Positions 1 to 9,336 of a stretch of DNA of 64,000 bases are shown here, piece after piece (the stretch's first letter is position 1; the number at the start of each line of letters is the position of its first letter). The DNA is from an uncultured Alteromonas sp. (lineage in GTDB: Bacteria > Pseudomonadota > Gammaproteobacteria > Enterobacterales > Alteromonadaceae). The position numbers and the translations under genes are program-made. Where the stretch lies: positions 13,463-77,462 of the forward strand of contig CAZOYR010000003.1 of NCBI GenBank assembly GCA_964584105.1, read 5' to 3'. Below the pieces are notes generated by a model. That model was not told the DNA's origin. It worked only from the letters and a program-made list of their open reading frames with translations, and searched no databases.

Positions 1-381
1 AAACGCATTCTTGAAATTATCAGCGGCATTGCTGCGGATAATAATGCCGAGGTCGAAGAAGAAACGGTACTCAACGCGCTCCTTTCTCGCGAACGCATGG
101 GCAGTACCGGCATCGGAAACGGCATCGCCCTCCCCCATGGCCGCCTGCCTGGTCTGGCAAACGTGATCGCCATCGTGGTCACCAGTGATCCAGCCATCGA
201 TTTTGATGCCATTGATAACAAACCGGTGGATATTTTTTTCACCCTGTTGGTGCCGGAAGAACAAACAGAAGGCCACTTGCAAACCCTGGCTCTGGTTGCC
301 GGTAAACTCAGTGATAAAGAAACTGTAAAAGCCATTCGCCGGGCATCAACCAGTGATGATATAGTGAAGGCATTAAAATAA
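1..381 (+). CDS. ptsN: PTS IIA-like nitrogen regulatory protein EIIA(Ntr), 5'-truncated by the window edge
   Basis: Frame is open from base 1 (KRILEIIS...RERMGSTGIGNGIALPHGR). Contains the PTS IIA phospho-His motif and lies upstream of rapZ-npr as in the rpoN operon. Confidence 0.95.
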   Translation, partial: KRILEIISGIAADNNAEVEEETVLNALLSRERMGSTGIGNGIALPHGRLPGLANVIAIVVTSDPAIDFDAIDNKPVDIFFTLLVPEEQTEGHLQTLALVAGKLSDKETVKAIRRASTSDDIVKALK

Positions 382-417
382 TCTCTGCGGCCTGTCGCGT
401 GTAACCGGAGAAACGTT

Positions 418-1266
418 TTGAAGCTTATTATTATCAGTGGACGCTCAGGCTCCGGAAAATCCGTAGCGTTAAGGGCATTGGAAGATTTAGGGTATTATTG
501 TGTAGACAATATTCCGGTTAATCTGCTTCCCGCGTTAACTCACTCAGTGTCAGAGGAATACGACCAGGTCGCAGTGAGCATCGATGTGCGGAACCTGCCA
601 AAAGACCCCGCTGAATTAGTAGAGATTCTTGATTATCTGCCACAGTCCTGGGGCGTAACCATTGTCTACATCGATGCCAGTGACGATATTCTGGTAAAGC
701 GTTTCAGCGAAACACGCCGCTTACACCCGCTGGCAAAGCTTAACAAATCCCTGTCTGATGCAATCTATACAGAGCGTGAACTATTGGCCCCGGTGGCTGA
801 GCGCGCTGATTTGTATATAGACACCGATTCTATGTCGATTCATCAGCTTGCTGAACTTATCCGCGAGCGTATATTGGGCAAAAAAAGCTCCCGACTGGTA
901 TTAGTCTTTGAGTCTTTTGGCTTTAAGCATGGCATTCCTAAGGACGCTGACTATGTCTTTGATGCCAGGTTTTTGCCCAACCCGCACTGGGAACCGGATC
1001 TCAAGCATTTTACCGGCTTGGACGCCCCTGTTGAGGTATTTCTGGGTTCACAACCCATTGTTACCAAGTTCATTTGGCAGATTCAGAATCTGATCACGAC
1101 TTGGTTACCACACCTTGAGCGCAACAATCGCAGCTATGTCACAGTTGCAATTGGCTGTACCGGCGGTCAACACCGCTCTGTATTTGTCGCACAAACACTG
1201 GCTAAAACCTTCAGGGATATTCATCCGGATGTTCAAATCCGTCATCGGGAGCTAGCGGAAAAATGA
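418..1266 (+). CDS. rapZ: RNase adapter RapZ (P-loop NTPase, YhbJ)
   Basis: MKLIIISGRSGSGKS Walker A, DVRN, SFGFKHG and GCTGGQHRSV motifs; TTG start after GGAG. Confidence 0.96.
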   Translation: MKLIIISGRSGSGKSVALRALEDLGYYCVDNIPVNLLPALTHSVSEEYDQVAVSIDVRNLPKDPAELVEILDYLPQSWGVTIVYIDASDDILVKRFSETRRLHPLAKLNKSLSDAIYTERELLAPVAERADLYIDTDSMSIHQLAELIRERILGKKSSRLVLVFESFGFKHGIPKDADYVFDARFLPNPHWEPDLKHFTGLDAPVEVFLGSQPIVTKFIWQIQNLITTWLPHLERNNRSYVTVAIGCTGGQHRSVFVAQTLAKTFRDIHPDVQIRHRELAEK

Positions 1267-1535
1267 GTATAAAAAAACAGCTGACCATTGAAAACAAATT
1301 GGGCTTACACGCCCGCGCTGCTACCCAGCTGGTAGAGTTGGCCAACCAATTCGATGCTCAGATTACTCTGGTAAAAGGTGACAAAACTGCAGATGCCAAC
1401 AGTGTCCTGGGCCTGATGATGCTGGAAAGTCACCAGGGCGAAACCGTGACAGTCATCAGCGACGGGCCGGATGCCGAATCGGCTATGCAGGCAATAGAAA
1501 ATTTAATTGCGGGCCGGTTTAACGAATCGGAATAA
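1263..1535 (+). CDS. npr: Phosphocarrier protein NPr (HPr family)
   Basis: NKLGLHARAA HPr His motif; overlaps rapZ stop by 4 nt. Confidence 0.93.
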   Translation: MSIKKQLTIENKLGLHARAATQLVELANQFDAQITLVKGDKTADANSVLGLMMLESHQGETVTVISDGPDAESAMQAIENLIAGRFNESE

Positions 1536-1630
1536 AAAAGGGTCTCAGGCAAGGGCTATACCCAGACAAAAAATTATCCGGCAATTAGCCGGCCTCTCGT
1601 TTAATCTCCCTTTTCCACGAAGGATCGAAA

Positions 1631-2989
1631 GTGGCAGAAGCATTAGAATCTAAATTTGCACAAAGCCAGTTGCGTACGCTAAATGCGGCACTCAACGATG
1701 GCCGGTTTGTTTCTGTGCGCAAAATATTGCATGAGTTACCCCCCTCTGATGTTGCGCTGGTCCTTGAATCAAGCCCAACCAAGACGCGTGATGAGCTTTG
1801 GGAGCTCATTGATGGCGAATTCCATGGCGATATTCTTGAAGAGCTGTCTGAAGACGTCAGGAACGGCATCATTACTAAAATGGCGCCGCTGCGTGTAGTG
1901 GATGCACTGGAGGAGATGGACACCGACGATCTGGCCGAAACCCTCAGCAGTTTGCCAGATGAAGTCCTGCAAGACATTTTACAGTCGATGGATGCCCAGG
2001 ACAGGGTAAGAGCCGAACAGGCCCTCTCCTATGGTGAGGAAACCGCCGGTTTCATCATGAACACCGACACCATTACTTTACGTCCGGATGTGACCATCGA
2101 TGTAGTGCTTCGATATATACGCCTTAAGGGTGAGCTGCCGGAAAACACCGATACTTTGTACGTGGTTAACCGCACCGATAATCTGGTGGGCCTGGTCCCG
2201 GTGGCCAGGCTGCTGACCGCCGATCCGGAAGATAAAGTCTCTGAAGTAATGGATGAGGACGCCGAAGCGATTCCTGTCAACATGCCTGACGATGAAGTGG
2301 CCAGTTTGTTCGAGCGGTATAACTGGTTATCAGCACCGGTGGTTGATGAAAAGAACCGGCTGGTAGGCCGAATCACCATTGATGACGTGGTAGATATCAT
2401 TCGTGAAGATGCTGAGCACTCTATGATGAGTATGGCGGGTCTGGATGATGAAGAAGATACCTTTGCGCCGGTATGGCAAAGTACCCAGCGTCGTTCAGTA
2501 TGGCTGGGTGTGAATCTGGTGACCGCGCTGATGGCTGCTGCTGTCAGTGATTTATTTGAGGCTACGCTTAGTCAGCTTGCTGTGTTAGCCATTTTGAATA
2601 CTATCGTGCCCAGCATGGGTGGCGTGGCCGGTAATCAAACCCTGACGCTGGTGATTCGGGGTATGGCGCTGGGCCATGTCAATCCCAGTAACTCTCGCTG
2701 GCTCATCAGTAAAGAACTTGCTATCGGTTTTTTAAACGGTGTTATTTGGGCGGTACTTATTGCCAGTGTTATCGCGCTGTGGAAGCAAAACCTGATGCTC
2801 GGCGCTATTATCGCTTTCGCCATGATGATCAATCTGTTGGCCGCCGCGTTAGCCGGCGCTACCCTGCCAATCATTATGAAGAAGTTAAAAATCGACCCGG
2901 CACTGGCCGGTAGCGTTATCTTAACGACGATTACCGATGTGGTGGGCATTTTCGCGTTTTTAGGAACGGCAACGCTATTTTTGATGTGA
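1631..2989 (+). CDS. mgtE: Magnesium transporter MgtE
   Basis: Acidic N-domain, CBS pair (PVVDEKNRLVGRITIDD), MGGVAGNQ and DPALAGSVILTTITDVVG transmembrane motifs. Confidence 0.96.
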   Translation: MAEALESKFAQSQLRTLNAALNDGRFVSVRKILHELPPSDVALVLESSPTKTRDELWELIDGEFHGDILEELSEDVRNGIITKMAPLRVVDALEEMDTDDLAETLSSLPDEVLQDILQSMDAQDRVRAEQALSYGEETAGFIMNTDTITLRPDVTIDVVLRYIRLKGELPENTDTLYVVNRTDNLVGLVPVARLLTADPEDKVSEVMDEDAEAIPVNMPDDEVASLFERYNWLSAPVVDEKNRLVGRITIDDVVDIIREDAEHSMMSMAGLDDEEDTFAPVWQSTQRRSVWLGVNLVTALMAAAVSDLFEATLSQLAVLAILNTIVPSMGGVAGNQTLTLVIRGMALGHVNPSNSRWLISKELAIGFLNGVIWAVLIASVIALWKQNLMLGAIIAFAMMINLLAAALAGATLPIIMKKLKIDPALAGSVILTTITDVVGIFAFLGTATLFLM

Positions 2990-3017
2990 TGAGAGGTTAT
3001 CGCCTCTTCGCGTTCAT

Positions 3018-3045
3018 AAAAAAAGCTCCGTCAGGAGCTTTTTTT
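3018..3045. terminator. Bidirectional intrinsic terminator between convergent mgtE and sspB
   Basis: aaaaaaaGCTCC-gtca-GGAGCttttttt: hairpin with A-tract and T-tract flanks. Confidence 0.88.
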
Positions 3046-3063
3046 ATTCAGTTACACGCGCAA

Positions 3064-3540
3064 CTACTTAATAATTTTGAGGTTTGGTTTGCCTTTTTTC
3101 GGCGGTACCGGTGCGCTGTCTGCATCTGCTTCATTAACATCTGCTGATGGCTTTGGCGAAGAGGTTTCCTCGCTCACCGGCGCATCCTCCAGCGACGCTG
3201 CAGAAGCCGGATCTGACAGTTCTTCCTCTACAGCAAACACTGTGCCTGCACCGTTTTCTCGCGCATAAATGGCCATAACCGCCTGACACGGCATCCGGAT
3301 TTGACGGGGTTGTCCGCCAAATCGAGCCTGAAACGAAAGAAACTCTAAATCCAGGCCGAAGTTGACACAAGCAGAGGGTGAAATATTCAGCACTATCTGC
3401 CCGTCCTTTACAAACTCCTGTGGCACTTCTGTCAGCGCATTCGTTGCATCCACAACAATATAAGGCGTCATGTCATTGTCGACTATCCAGTCGAAAAATG
3501 CGCGTAACAGGTATGGCTGATTAGGTGTCATAGTGCTCAT
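3064..3540 (-). CDS. sspB: ClpXP protease specificity-enhancing factor SspB
   Basis: PYLLRAFFDWIVDN...VKDGQIVLNIS...ARFGG; acidic linker; C-terminal ClpX-binding tail PNLKIIK. Confidence 0.96.
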   Translation of the reverse strand: MSTMTPNQPYLLRAFFDWIVDNDMTPYIVVDATNALTEVPQEFVKDGQIVLNISPSACVNFGLDLEFLSFQARFGGQPRQIRMPCQAVMAIYARENGAGTVFAVEEELSDPASAASLEDAPVSEETSSPKPSADVNEADADSAPVPPKKGKPNLKIIK

Positions 3541-4169
3541 AGCGGGTTGTGTATTTCGCGTTCCTGATCGGTCAGCGATGCTTTGAATGAGCCACGCTCA
3601 AAAATGCGGGTCATATACGCATTGATTTCTTTCGCGCCGGCACCTTTTAATTCAATGCCCAGTGCAGGTAAACGCCACAATAATGGTGCCAGATAGCAAT
3701 CTACCAGGCTGAACTCTTCGCTCATAAAGTAAGGCAATTCAGAGAACACAGGAGCCAGAGACAACAGTGCTTCACGCAACTCATTTCTTGCTGATTCAAC
3801 ATCACCTTCACCGCGGAAGATACGTGCAGCCAGTGAATACCAATCCTGCTCAATACGGTGCATCATCAGGCGGCTCTGACCGCGTGAAACCGGGTAAACA
3901 GGCATCAATGGCGGATGCGGGAAACGCTCGTCCAGGTATTCCATGATGATGTGCGACTTATACAGTACAAGCTCTCGGTCAACAAGTGTTGGAACAGTTC
4001 CGTAGGGGTTCAGATCGAGCAGGTCCTCTGGCAGATTGCTCGGATCAGTGTAGCTGATTTCTACACCTACGCCTTTTTCGGCCAGAACAATCCGTACCTG
4101 GTGACTATAAATATCGATACTATCTGAGAACAACGTCATGATAGAGCGTTTATTCGCGGCTACGGCCAT
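3537..4169 (-). CDS. sspA: Stringent starvation protein A (GST-like)
   Basis: MAVAANKRSIMTLFS...YLDERFPHPPLMPVYP signature. Confidence 0.97.
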   Translation of the reverse strand: MAVAANKRSIMTLFSDSIDIYSHQVRIVLAEKGVGVEISYTDPSNLPEDLLDLNPYGTVPTLVDRELVLYKSHIIMEYLDERFPHPPLMPVYPVSRGQSRLMMHRIEQDWYSLAARIFRGEGDVESARNELREALLSLAPVFSELPYFMSEEFSLVDCYLAPLLWRLPALGIELKGAGAKEINAYMTRIFERGSFKASLTDQEREIHNPL

Positions 4170-4230
4170 TAATTTTCCTCCGTCGAGAGACTTTCACACT
4201 GTCTCCCAATCGACAGTGCGCCTAAAGCTG

Positions 4231-4255
4231 AAAAAGGGGGCAGATTGCCCCCTTT
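4231..4255 (-). terminator. Intrinsic terminator downstream of petC
   Basis: aaAAAGGGGGCA-gat-TGCCCCCTTT hairpin with a U-tract on the minus strand. Confidence 0.75.
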
Positions 4256-4279
4256 GGTATTATACAGAAAATGACAGGT

Positions 4280-5014
4280 TTAGTGTACTTCTCGCCAGTA
4301 ATCTTTTTTCAGAAGAAAAACAAATACAAACAGTACAAGAATAAACACCAACACCCATTTACCTATTTTTTCTGACTGCAGGCGGAATGGTTCACCAGTG
4401 TATTCAAGAAAGTTGACCAAATCACCAATGGCCTGGTCGTACTCTTCCGGCGACAATGCACCATCGCCGTCAGACTGGATGCCCGCGTAGCGCTTAACCT
4501 GTTCACCGTCGACCATTACTTCCTCATAAGTTTCACGAGGCGTTCCCTGCAGCGGCTGCAAGACATGTGGCATACCCACTTCGGGGAACACTTTGTTGTT
4601 CACACCGAAAGGGCGCTCTTCATCAACATAAAAGGTGCGCAGATAGGTATACAACCAGTCGCCGCCACGTACACGCGCAACCAGCGTTAGATCAGGTGGC
4701 GCCGCGCCGAACCAGGTTGCCGCTCCTTCTTCTGGCATCGCCCGTTTCATGTAATCAGTGACCTTGTCGCCGGTGAACTGCAGGTTCTCTTCGCCAAGCT
4801 CCTCAGGGATCCCCAAATCGTTAAATGTTCTGGAATATCGCTGATATTTCATCGAATGACAGCCGGAACAGTAGTTCATGTAAATCTGCGCACCGCGTTG
4901 CAGTGAAGCCTTATCTGTCAGATCAATAGGTGCCTCGTCTAAATGAACGCTACTGCCTGCAGCAACAGCCCACAACGGCACGAATAAAGACATTAACGCT
5001 AACAGTTTCTTCAT
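4280..5014 (-). CDS. petC: Cytochrome c1 of the bc1 complex
   Basis: Signal peptide, CSGCH heme motif, PPDLTL, GMPHVL, C-terminal TM anchor. Confidence 0.96.
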   Translation of the reverse strand: MKKLLALMSLFVPLWAVAAGSSVHLDEAPIDLTDKASLQRGAQIYMNYCSGCHSMKYQRYSRTFNDLGIPEELGEENLQFTGDKVTDYMKRAMPEEGAATWFGAAPPDLTLVARVRGGDWLYTYLRTFYVDEERPFGVNNKVFPEVGMPHVLQPLQGTPRETYEEVMVDGEQVKRYAGIQSDGDGALSPEEYDQAIGDLVNFLEYTGEPFRLQSEKIGKWVLVFILVLFVFVFLLKKDYWREVH

Positions 5015-6276
5015 TTCGGGATCCTCGCTGGAACAGGTTTAGTATTTTCATTTTTACTGTATAAGAACAGCGCAACGAAGAATCCAAAGTAAAGTACCGT
5101 CGCTATCTGTGAAGCGATGATTTTCCAGTTTTCCTGCGGTGTTCCCCCCAGATACCCAAGGAAAATAAATACCACAGCAAATACCAGCAGGTTGACCTTA
5201 TGCAGCCCGCACCGGTAGCGCCAGGACCTGACACGCCCTCTGTCAATCCACGGCATGGCAAACAAGGCCGCGATCGCACCGAACATCGCTAGCACACCAA
5301 ACAGTTTATCTGGCACAGCTTTCAAAATGGCGTAGAAAGGCGTGAAATACCAGACAGGGAAAATATGCTCAGGCGTTTTCAACGGATTGGCAATTTCAAA
5401 ATTAGGGTGTTCAAGGAATTTACCGCCCATTTCAGGCGCAAAGAACATGATGTAACAGAACGCAGCCAGGAATACGCAGAACGCGACCAGGTCTTTTAGC
5501 ACGATATGCGGGAAGAACGGCACAACATCATCTGCAATATCGTATTTGTCGGTATAATATTCGTGGATGGTATAGGGGGTTTTCTCACTTTCCGACAGTG
5601 AGCCTTTCTTATGCTTGATGGCTACGCCATCCGGGTTGTTAGAACCCACCTCATGCAGCGCGATAATGTGTAAAAACACCAGAATCACTATGACCAAAGG
5701 CAGGGCAATAACATGTAATGCAAAGAATCGGTTCAGGGTTGCGCCGGAGATGACGTAATCTCCCTGAAGCCAGATGACCAGATCCGGACCAATGACCGGA
5801 ATTGCCCCAAACAGGGAAACAATAACCTGCGCACCCCAGTAAGACATTTGCCCCCACGGCAGCACGTAACCCATAAAGGCTTCTGCCATCAGGGCCAGGT
5901 AGATGAACATACCGAACACCCAGAGCAGCTCTCTCGGTTTTTGATAGGAGCCATAAATCATGCCGCGGAACATGTGCATGTAAACCACAATAAAGAACGC
6001 GGATGCGCCCGTACTGTGCATATAACGGATAATCCAGCCGTAATCGATTTCACGCATAATGTACTCAACAGAGGCAAATGCGCCTTCTGCTGTAGGTACA
6101 TAATTCATGGTCAGCCAGATGCCGGTGATGATTTGGTTTACCAACACGATTGTGGCAAGAAAACCAAACACATACCAAAAATTCATATTCCGCGGCGCGG
6201 GATACTGGATAGCATGCATATTTGCCACGCGCATCATTGGAATGCGCTGTTCAATCCAGTTCATAAATCCGTTCAT
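5011..6276 (-). CDS. petB: Cytochrome b of the bc1 complex
   Basis: RYMHSTGAS, GYVLPWGQMSYWG, RFFALH and PVWY (PEWY-equivalent) motifs. Confidence 0.97.
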   Translation of the reverse strand: MNGFMNWIEQRIPMMRVANMHAIQYPAPRNMNFWYVFGFLATIVLVNQIITGIWLTMNYVPTAEGAFASVEYIMREIDYGWIIRYMHSTGASAFFIVVYMHMFRGMIYGSYQKPRELLWVFGMFIYLALMAEAFMGYVLPWGQMSYWGAQVIVSLFGAIPVIGPDLVIWLQGDYVISGATLNRFFALHVIALPLVIVILVFLHIIALHEVGSNNPDGVAIKHKKGSLSESEKTPYTIHEYYTDKYDIADDVVPFFPHIVLKDLVAFCVFLAAFCYIMFFAPEMGGKFLEHPNFEIANPLKTPEHIFPVWYFTPFYAILKAVPDKLFGVLAMFGAIAALFAMPWIDRGRVRSWRYRCGLHKVNLLVFAVVFIFLGYLGGTPQENWKIIASQIATVLYFGFFVALFLYSKNENTKPVPARIPK

Positions 6277-6277
6277 G

Positions 6278-6907
6278 CTATGCTTCCTCCGCGGTTGAAC
6301 CGATGATCATCGTAGTATCATCAACATACTGGTAAGGCGGTACAACAAGGTTCAACGGCGCCGGGACATTCTGGAAAACACGGCCGGCCATATCAAATTT
6401 TGAGCCATGGCAGGGGCAGAAGAAACCGTCAGGAACGCCTTCAACAATTTCCTCAAATGCGCCGTTTTTCAAATGTGTGGGTGAACAACCTAAGTGCGTG
6501 CAGATCCCGACCAGTACCAGATACTCCTCTTTTAAGGAGCGGTAATAGTTTTTTGCAAATGCGGGTTGCTGCTCGGCTTCCGAGGATGGATCCTTCAGGT
6601 TGGCCTCATGCTGCTTGAGCTCTTCGAGGATTTCTGGTGTACGACGCACAATCCAAACAGGCTTACTGCGCCACATGACCCGTATCAGTTGCCCGGGTTC
6701 TATCGCACTGATATCGACTTCAACATCTGCACCCGCCGCTTTAGCTTTAGCGCTGGGATTCCATGACGCAATGAATGGTACGGCCGCCCCTGCGACGCCT
6801 ACCGCGCCCACTACCGAGGTTGCCACAGTCAGAAAACGACGTCGGGTATTATCTCCCGGCCCTTTTTCAGGCGCAGACTCTTTTGCATCTACAGATACAT
6901 CGCTCAT
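6278..6907 (-). CDS. petA: Rieske iron-sulfur subunit of the bc1 complex
   Basis: Tat motif TRRRFL; CTHLGC and CPCHGS Rieske boxes. Start moved to the ATG at 6907, which has a GGAG RBS; the ORF track starts at 6991. Confidence 0.96.
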   Translation of the reverse strand: MSDVSVDAKESAPEKGPGDNTRRRFLTVATSVVGAVGVAGAAVPFIASWNPSAKAKAAGADVEVDISAIEPGQLIRVMWRSKPVWIVRRTPEILEELKQHEANLKDPSSEAEQQPAFAKNYYRSLKEEYLVLVGICTHLGCSPTHLKNGAFEEIVEGVPDGFFCPCHGSKFDMAGRVFQNVPAPLNLVVPPYQYVDDTTMIIGSTAEEA

Positions 6908-7056
6908 CCACATTTCTCCAGGTTGGACTGTTATGGCAGACCTATCAGAAGACACTGACAACATCGTCCTGTCATAACCGCTGGTCATCAACGTCCCTAC
7001 AGCACGTTACTGACTCAGACAAACATTTTTTTATAATATGTTATTTTTCGTACAAA

Positions 7057-7086
7057 ATCATACGGGAAAAGCCTTTCTGTTTACAA
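7057..7086 (-). promoter_or_regulatory. Candidate sigma70 promoter for petABC
   Basis: Minus strand TTGTAA-N18-TATGAT in an AT-rich intergenic region. Confidence 0.5.
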
Positions 7087-7268
7087 GGTTTTACTTACTT
7101 TAGCTGAATAAAAAAGTATCAAACCACAGTAGACTTTCGCTTACACCTGCACCAACAGGCCGTTCAGAAATTATACGCCCCATAAAATCGGCGAGCGATG
7201 CACAATCGAGGGTTAATTAAGAAATCGTAAGAATTGAAAATACGCTGAAGCAGGTTTCGGGCAGGCAT

Positions 7269-7299
7269 AAAAAAAAACCCGGCGAATGCCGGGTTTTTT
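7269..7299 (-). terminator. Intrinsic terminator of rplM-rpsI
   Basis: A9-CCCGGC-gaat-GCCGGG-T6, about 15 nt after the rpsI stop. Confidence 0.9.
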
Positions 7300-7313
7300 G
7301 CAAAAGCGAAAAA

Positions 7314-7706
7314 TTAACGCTTTGAGAACTGTGGACGCTTACGTGCTTTGTGCAGACCCACTTTCTTACGTTCAACACGACGATCGTCACGAGTAACGAA
7401 GCCAGCTTTACGTAATGGTGAGCGCAGTGCCTCATCGTAGTCCATAAGAGCACGAGTAAGGCCGTGGCGGATTGCGCCAGCCTGACCGTTAGAACCACCA
7501 CCAGCAACGGTGATGTAAACGTCAAACTTTTCAGTCATTTCTACAAGTTCTAGTGGCTGACGAACAACCATGCACTCGGTTTCACGACCAAAGTACTCAT
7601 CAAGAGCACGTTTGTTTACTGTGATGTTACCTGTACCTGGACGCAGGAACACACGAGCAGTAGAACTTTTGCGGCGGCCAGTGCCGTAGTATTGAGTATC
7701 TGCCAT
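7314..7706 (-). CDS. rpsI: 30S ribosomal protein S9
   Basis: [14 protein letters not shown]...[19 protein letters not shown]. Confidence 0.99.
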   Translation of the reverse strand: MADTQYYGTGRRKSSTARVFLRPGTGNITVNKRALDEYFGRETECMVVRQPLELVEMTEKFDVYITVAGGGSNGQAGAIRHGLTRALMDYDEALRSPLRKAGFVTRDDRRVERKKVGLHKARKRPQFSKR

Positions 7707-7718
7707 GTCAGTTGCTCC

Positions 7719-8147
7719 TTAGATGTCCAAAACTTGTGGTTGCTGTGCTGCGTGTGCGTGTTCGCCACCAGCGTAAACTTTCATTTTACGGAACATTGCA
7801 CGACCCAGTGGGCCTTTTGGCAGCATTCCTTTAACTGCTTTCTCAAGCACCATTTCTGGCTTATGAGCGATCAGTTTTTCAAAGTTCGTTTCTTTCAGAC
7901 CACCTGGGTAACCTGTGTGAGCATAGTACATCTTGTTCAATGACTTATTGCCGGTTACAGCAACTTTCTCAGCATTGATAACGATGATGTAGTCACCAGT
8001 GTCTACGTGAGGCGTGTACTCTGGCTTATGCTTACCGCGCAGACGACGCGCAATTTCAGACGCCAGACGGCCTAAAGTTTTGTCTGTGGCATCTACCACA
8101 TACCAGTCACGTTGTACCGTTTCTGGCTTAGCAACAAAAGTTTTCAT
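7719..8147 (-). CDS. rplM: 50S ribosomal protein L13
   Basis: [20 protein letters not shown]...[17 protein letters not shown]. Confidence 0.99.
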   Translation of the reverse strand: MKTFVAKPETVQRDWYVVDATDKTLGRLASEIARRLRGKHKPEYTPHVDTGDYIIVINAEKVAVTGNKSLNKMYYAHTGYPGGLKETNFEKLIAHKPEMVLEKAVKGMLPKGPLGRAMFRKMKVYAGGEHAHAAQQPQVLDI

Positions 8148-8270
8148 TTAAATTCACCCGAATAATTTCGTCGTTACTGATCCCATAACTGGAACCACCT
8201 AAAATCAATCCGTAAGCCCCTTCGAGCCTGTTGATTCTTCCACCTTCCCAAAGGCGGGTGTAACTGGGCA
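8148..8270 (-). promoter_or_regulatory. Structured rplM 5' leader (probable L13 autoregulatory operator)
   Basis: Three hairpins readable on the minus strand: CCGCCUU-uggg-AAGGUGG; AAUCAA..AGGCUC-gaag-GGGCUU..UUGAUU; UGGUUCCA-guua-UGGGAUCA. L13 autoregulation of rplM-rpsI is known in E. coli. Confidence 0.6.
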
Positions 8271-8306
8271 GGGCGCGAATTATACAGGTTTTGCATAAAA
8301 AGCGAA
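8271..8306 (-). promoter_or_regulatory. sigma70 promoter of rplM-rpsI with GC-rich discriminator
   Basis: Minus strand TTCGCT-N16-TATAAT-TCGCGCCC, typical of stringently controlled ribosomal protein promoters. Confidence 0.65.
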
Positions 8307-8388
8307 CCCTTAAATGCGAAAATTTAACTGGTAAAGCTTAAAAAAATCATTAGGGTGTCAAATCTTTCTCAGACAACAGCTTCAGACC

Positions 8389-9336
8389 ATGCAATTAAAG
8401 GGATTTTTACTTTTTGGACTGCTCATTATCGCGCCGTATTGTCTGGCCCACACCGCCGAAAAGTCTCCGGTATATCCGGCCCGCCAGCAGCCATCTGAGA
8501 CCGTGGTATTTACCAAAGCATTTTCCGGTGATGATTATGGCAAGTTTCAGATTGCCGTATTGCGAGAGGCATTGGCTGTTACCCGAAACGCCCATGAGCA
8601 TGAGATGGTACGGCCCCACCCGCTTGAGTTAACCCAAAGTCGTCAGATAAAGTTGCTGCAGACCGGCAAGGCTGATGTCATGTGGAGCGTTACCAGCGAT
8701 GCGCTGGAAACCTCCCTGATCCCGGTACGCTTTCCGTTGTTACAGGGTTTTAGTGGCCAGCGAATTCTGGCTATCGCTCCGCAGCGTCAATCTTCACTCC
8801 CGGCGACGATGTCACTGGCACATTTAAAGCAATTTCCCTCTGTTCAGGGCGGAGACTGGCCGGATTATCATATACTGTCAGCGCATCAGTTTAACGTTTC
8901 AGGTGCGCCGTGGAGCAGTTGGTATATGACCATGTATAAAATGGTTGAAAAGGGCCTGGTAACATACTTTCCACGTAACATCATTGAAGTTCATCGCGAC
9001 TTTTCCCACCATGCTTCACTCAATGTAGTGATAGAGCAGAACCATCTGTTGTCCTATCCCAGCTATGAATACTTCTTTGTCAATCCTGAACGCCCCGAGT
9101 TAGCCAGACGTCTGAAGACAGGGCTGTTGGCTTTACTGGCATCCGGCCGTCTGAAGATGCTGTTTGAAAGCATTCCTGAACACCGCAGCGCCGGAAAACT
9201 GATATTGGAGTCACACAGAATTGAACATCAACTGTCTAATCCGATTCTTTCTTATGAATGGGTCTCACCACGGTGGGCAATGACCCCACAGGCCTCGCAC
9301 AAAGAATTTAGTCAGCGTTTTTCTCAGCCGCTTTAG
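8389..9336 (+). CDS. Exported protein, probable periplasmic binding protein type 2 fold
   Basis: Signal peptide; Q-S-R...ADVMWS...LIPVRFPLLQG...QG-DWPD...YFPR...YFFVN pattern resembling Alteromonadales substrate-binding-domain proteins. The 3' end overlaps mazG by 29 nt. Confidence 0.65.
   Translation: MQLKGFLLFGLLIIAPYCLAHTAEKSPVYPARQQPSETVVFTKAFSGDDYGKFQIAVLREALAVTRNAHEHEMVRPHPLELTQSRQIKLLQTGKADVMWSVTSDALETSLIPVRFPLLQGFSGQRILAIAPQRQSSLPATMSLAHLKQFPSVQGGDWPDYHILSAHQFNVSGAPWSSWYMTMYKMVEKGLVTYFPRNIIEVHRDFSHHASLNVVIEQNHLLSYPSYEYFFVNPERPELARRLKTGLLALLASGRLKMLFESIPEHRSAGKLILESHRIEHQLSNPILSYEWVSPRWAMTPQASHKEFSQRFSQPL

Noticed and set aside
1536-1630. Possible Mg-sensing riboswitch before mgtE
   Set aside because: The gap is only 95 nt, too short for an M-box, and contains just a small hairpin.
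5540-5620. Insertion in a cytochrome b loop (KHKKGSLSESEKTPYTIHEYY)
   Set aside because: In frame and in a loop that varies in length among bacterial cytochrome b proteins; no intein or intron features.
6970-6978. CTGTCATAA Pho half-site upstream of petA
   Set aside because: Single half-site with no partner at 11-bp spacing and no correctly placed -10.
7217-7525. Alternative-frame ORF overlapping rpsI
   Set aside because: Lies inside a highly conserved gene and runs through its terminator; no motif.
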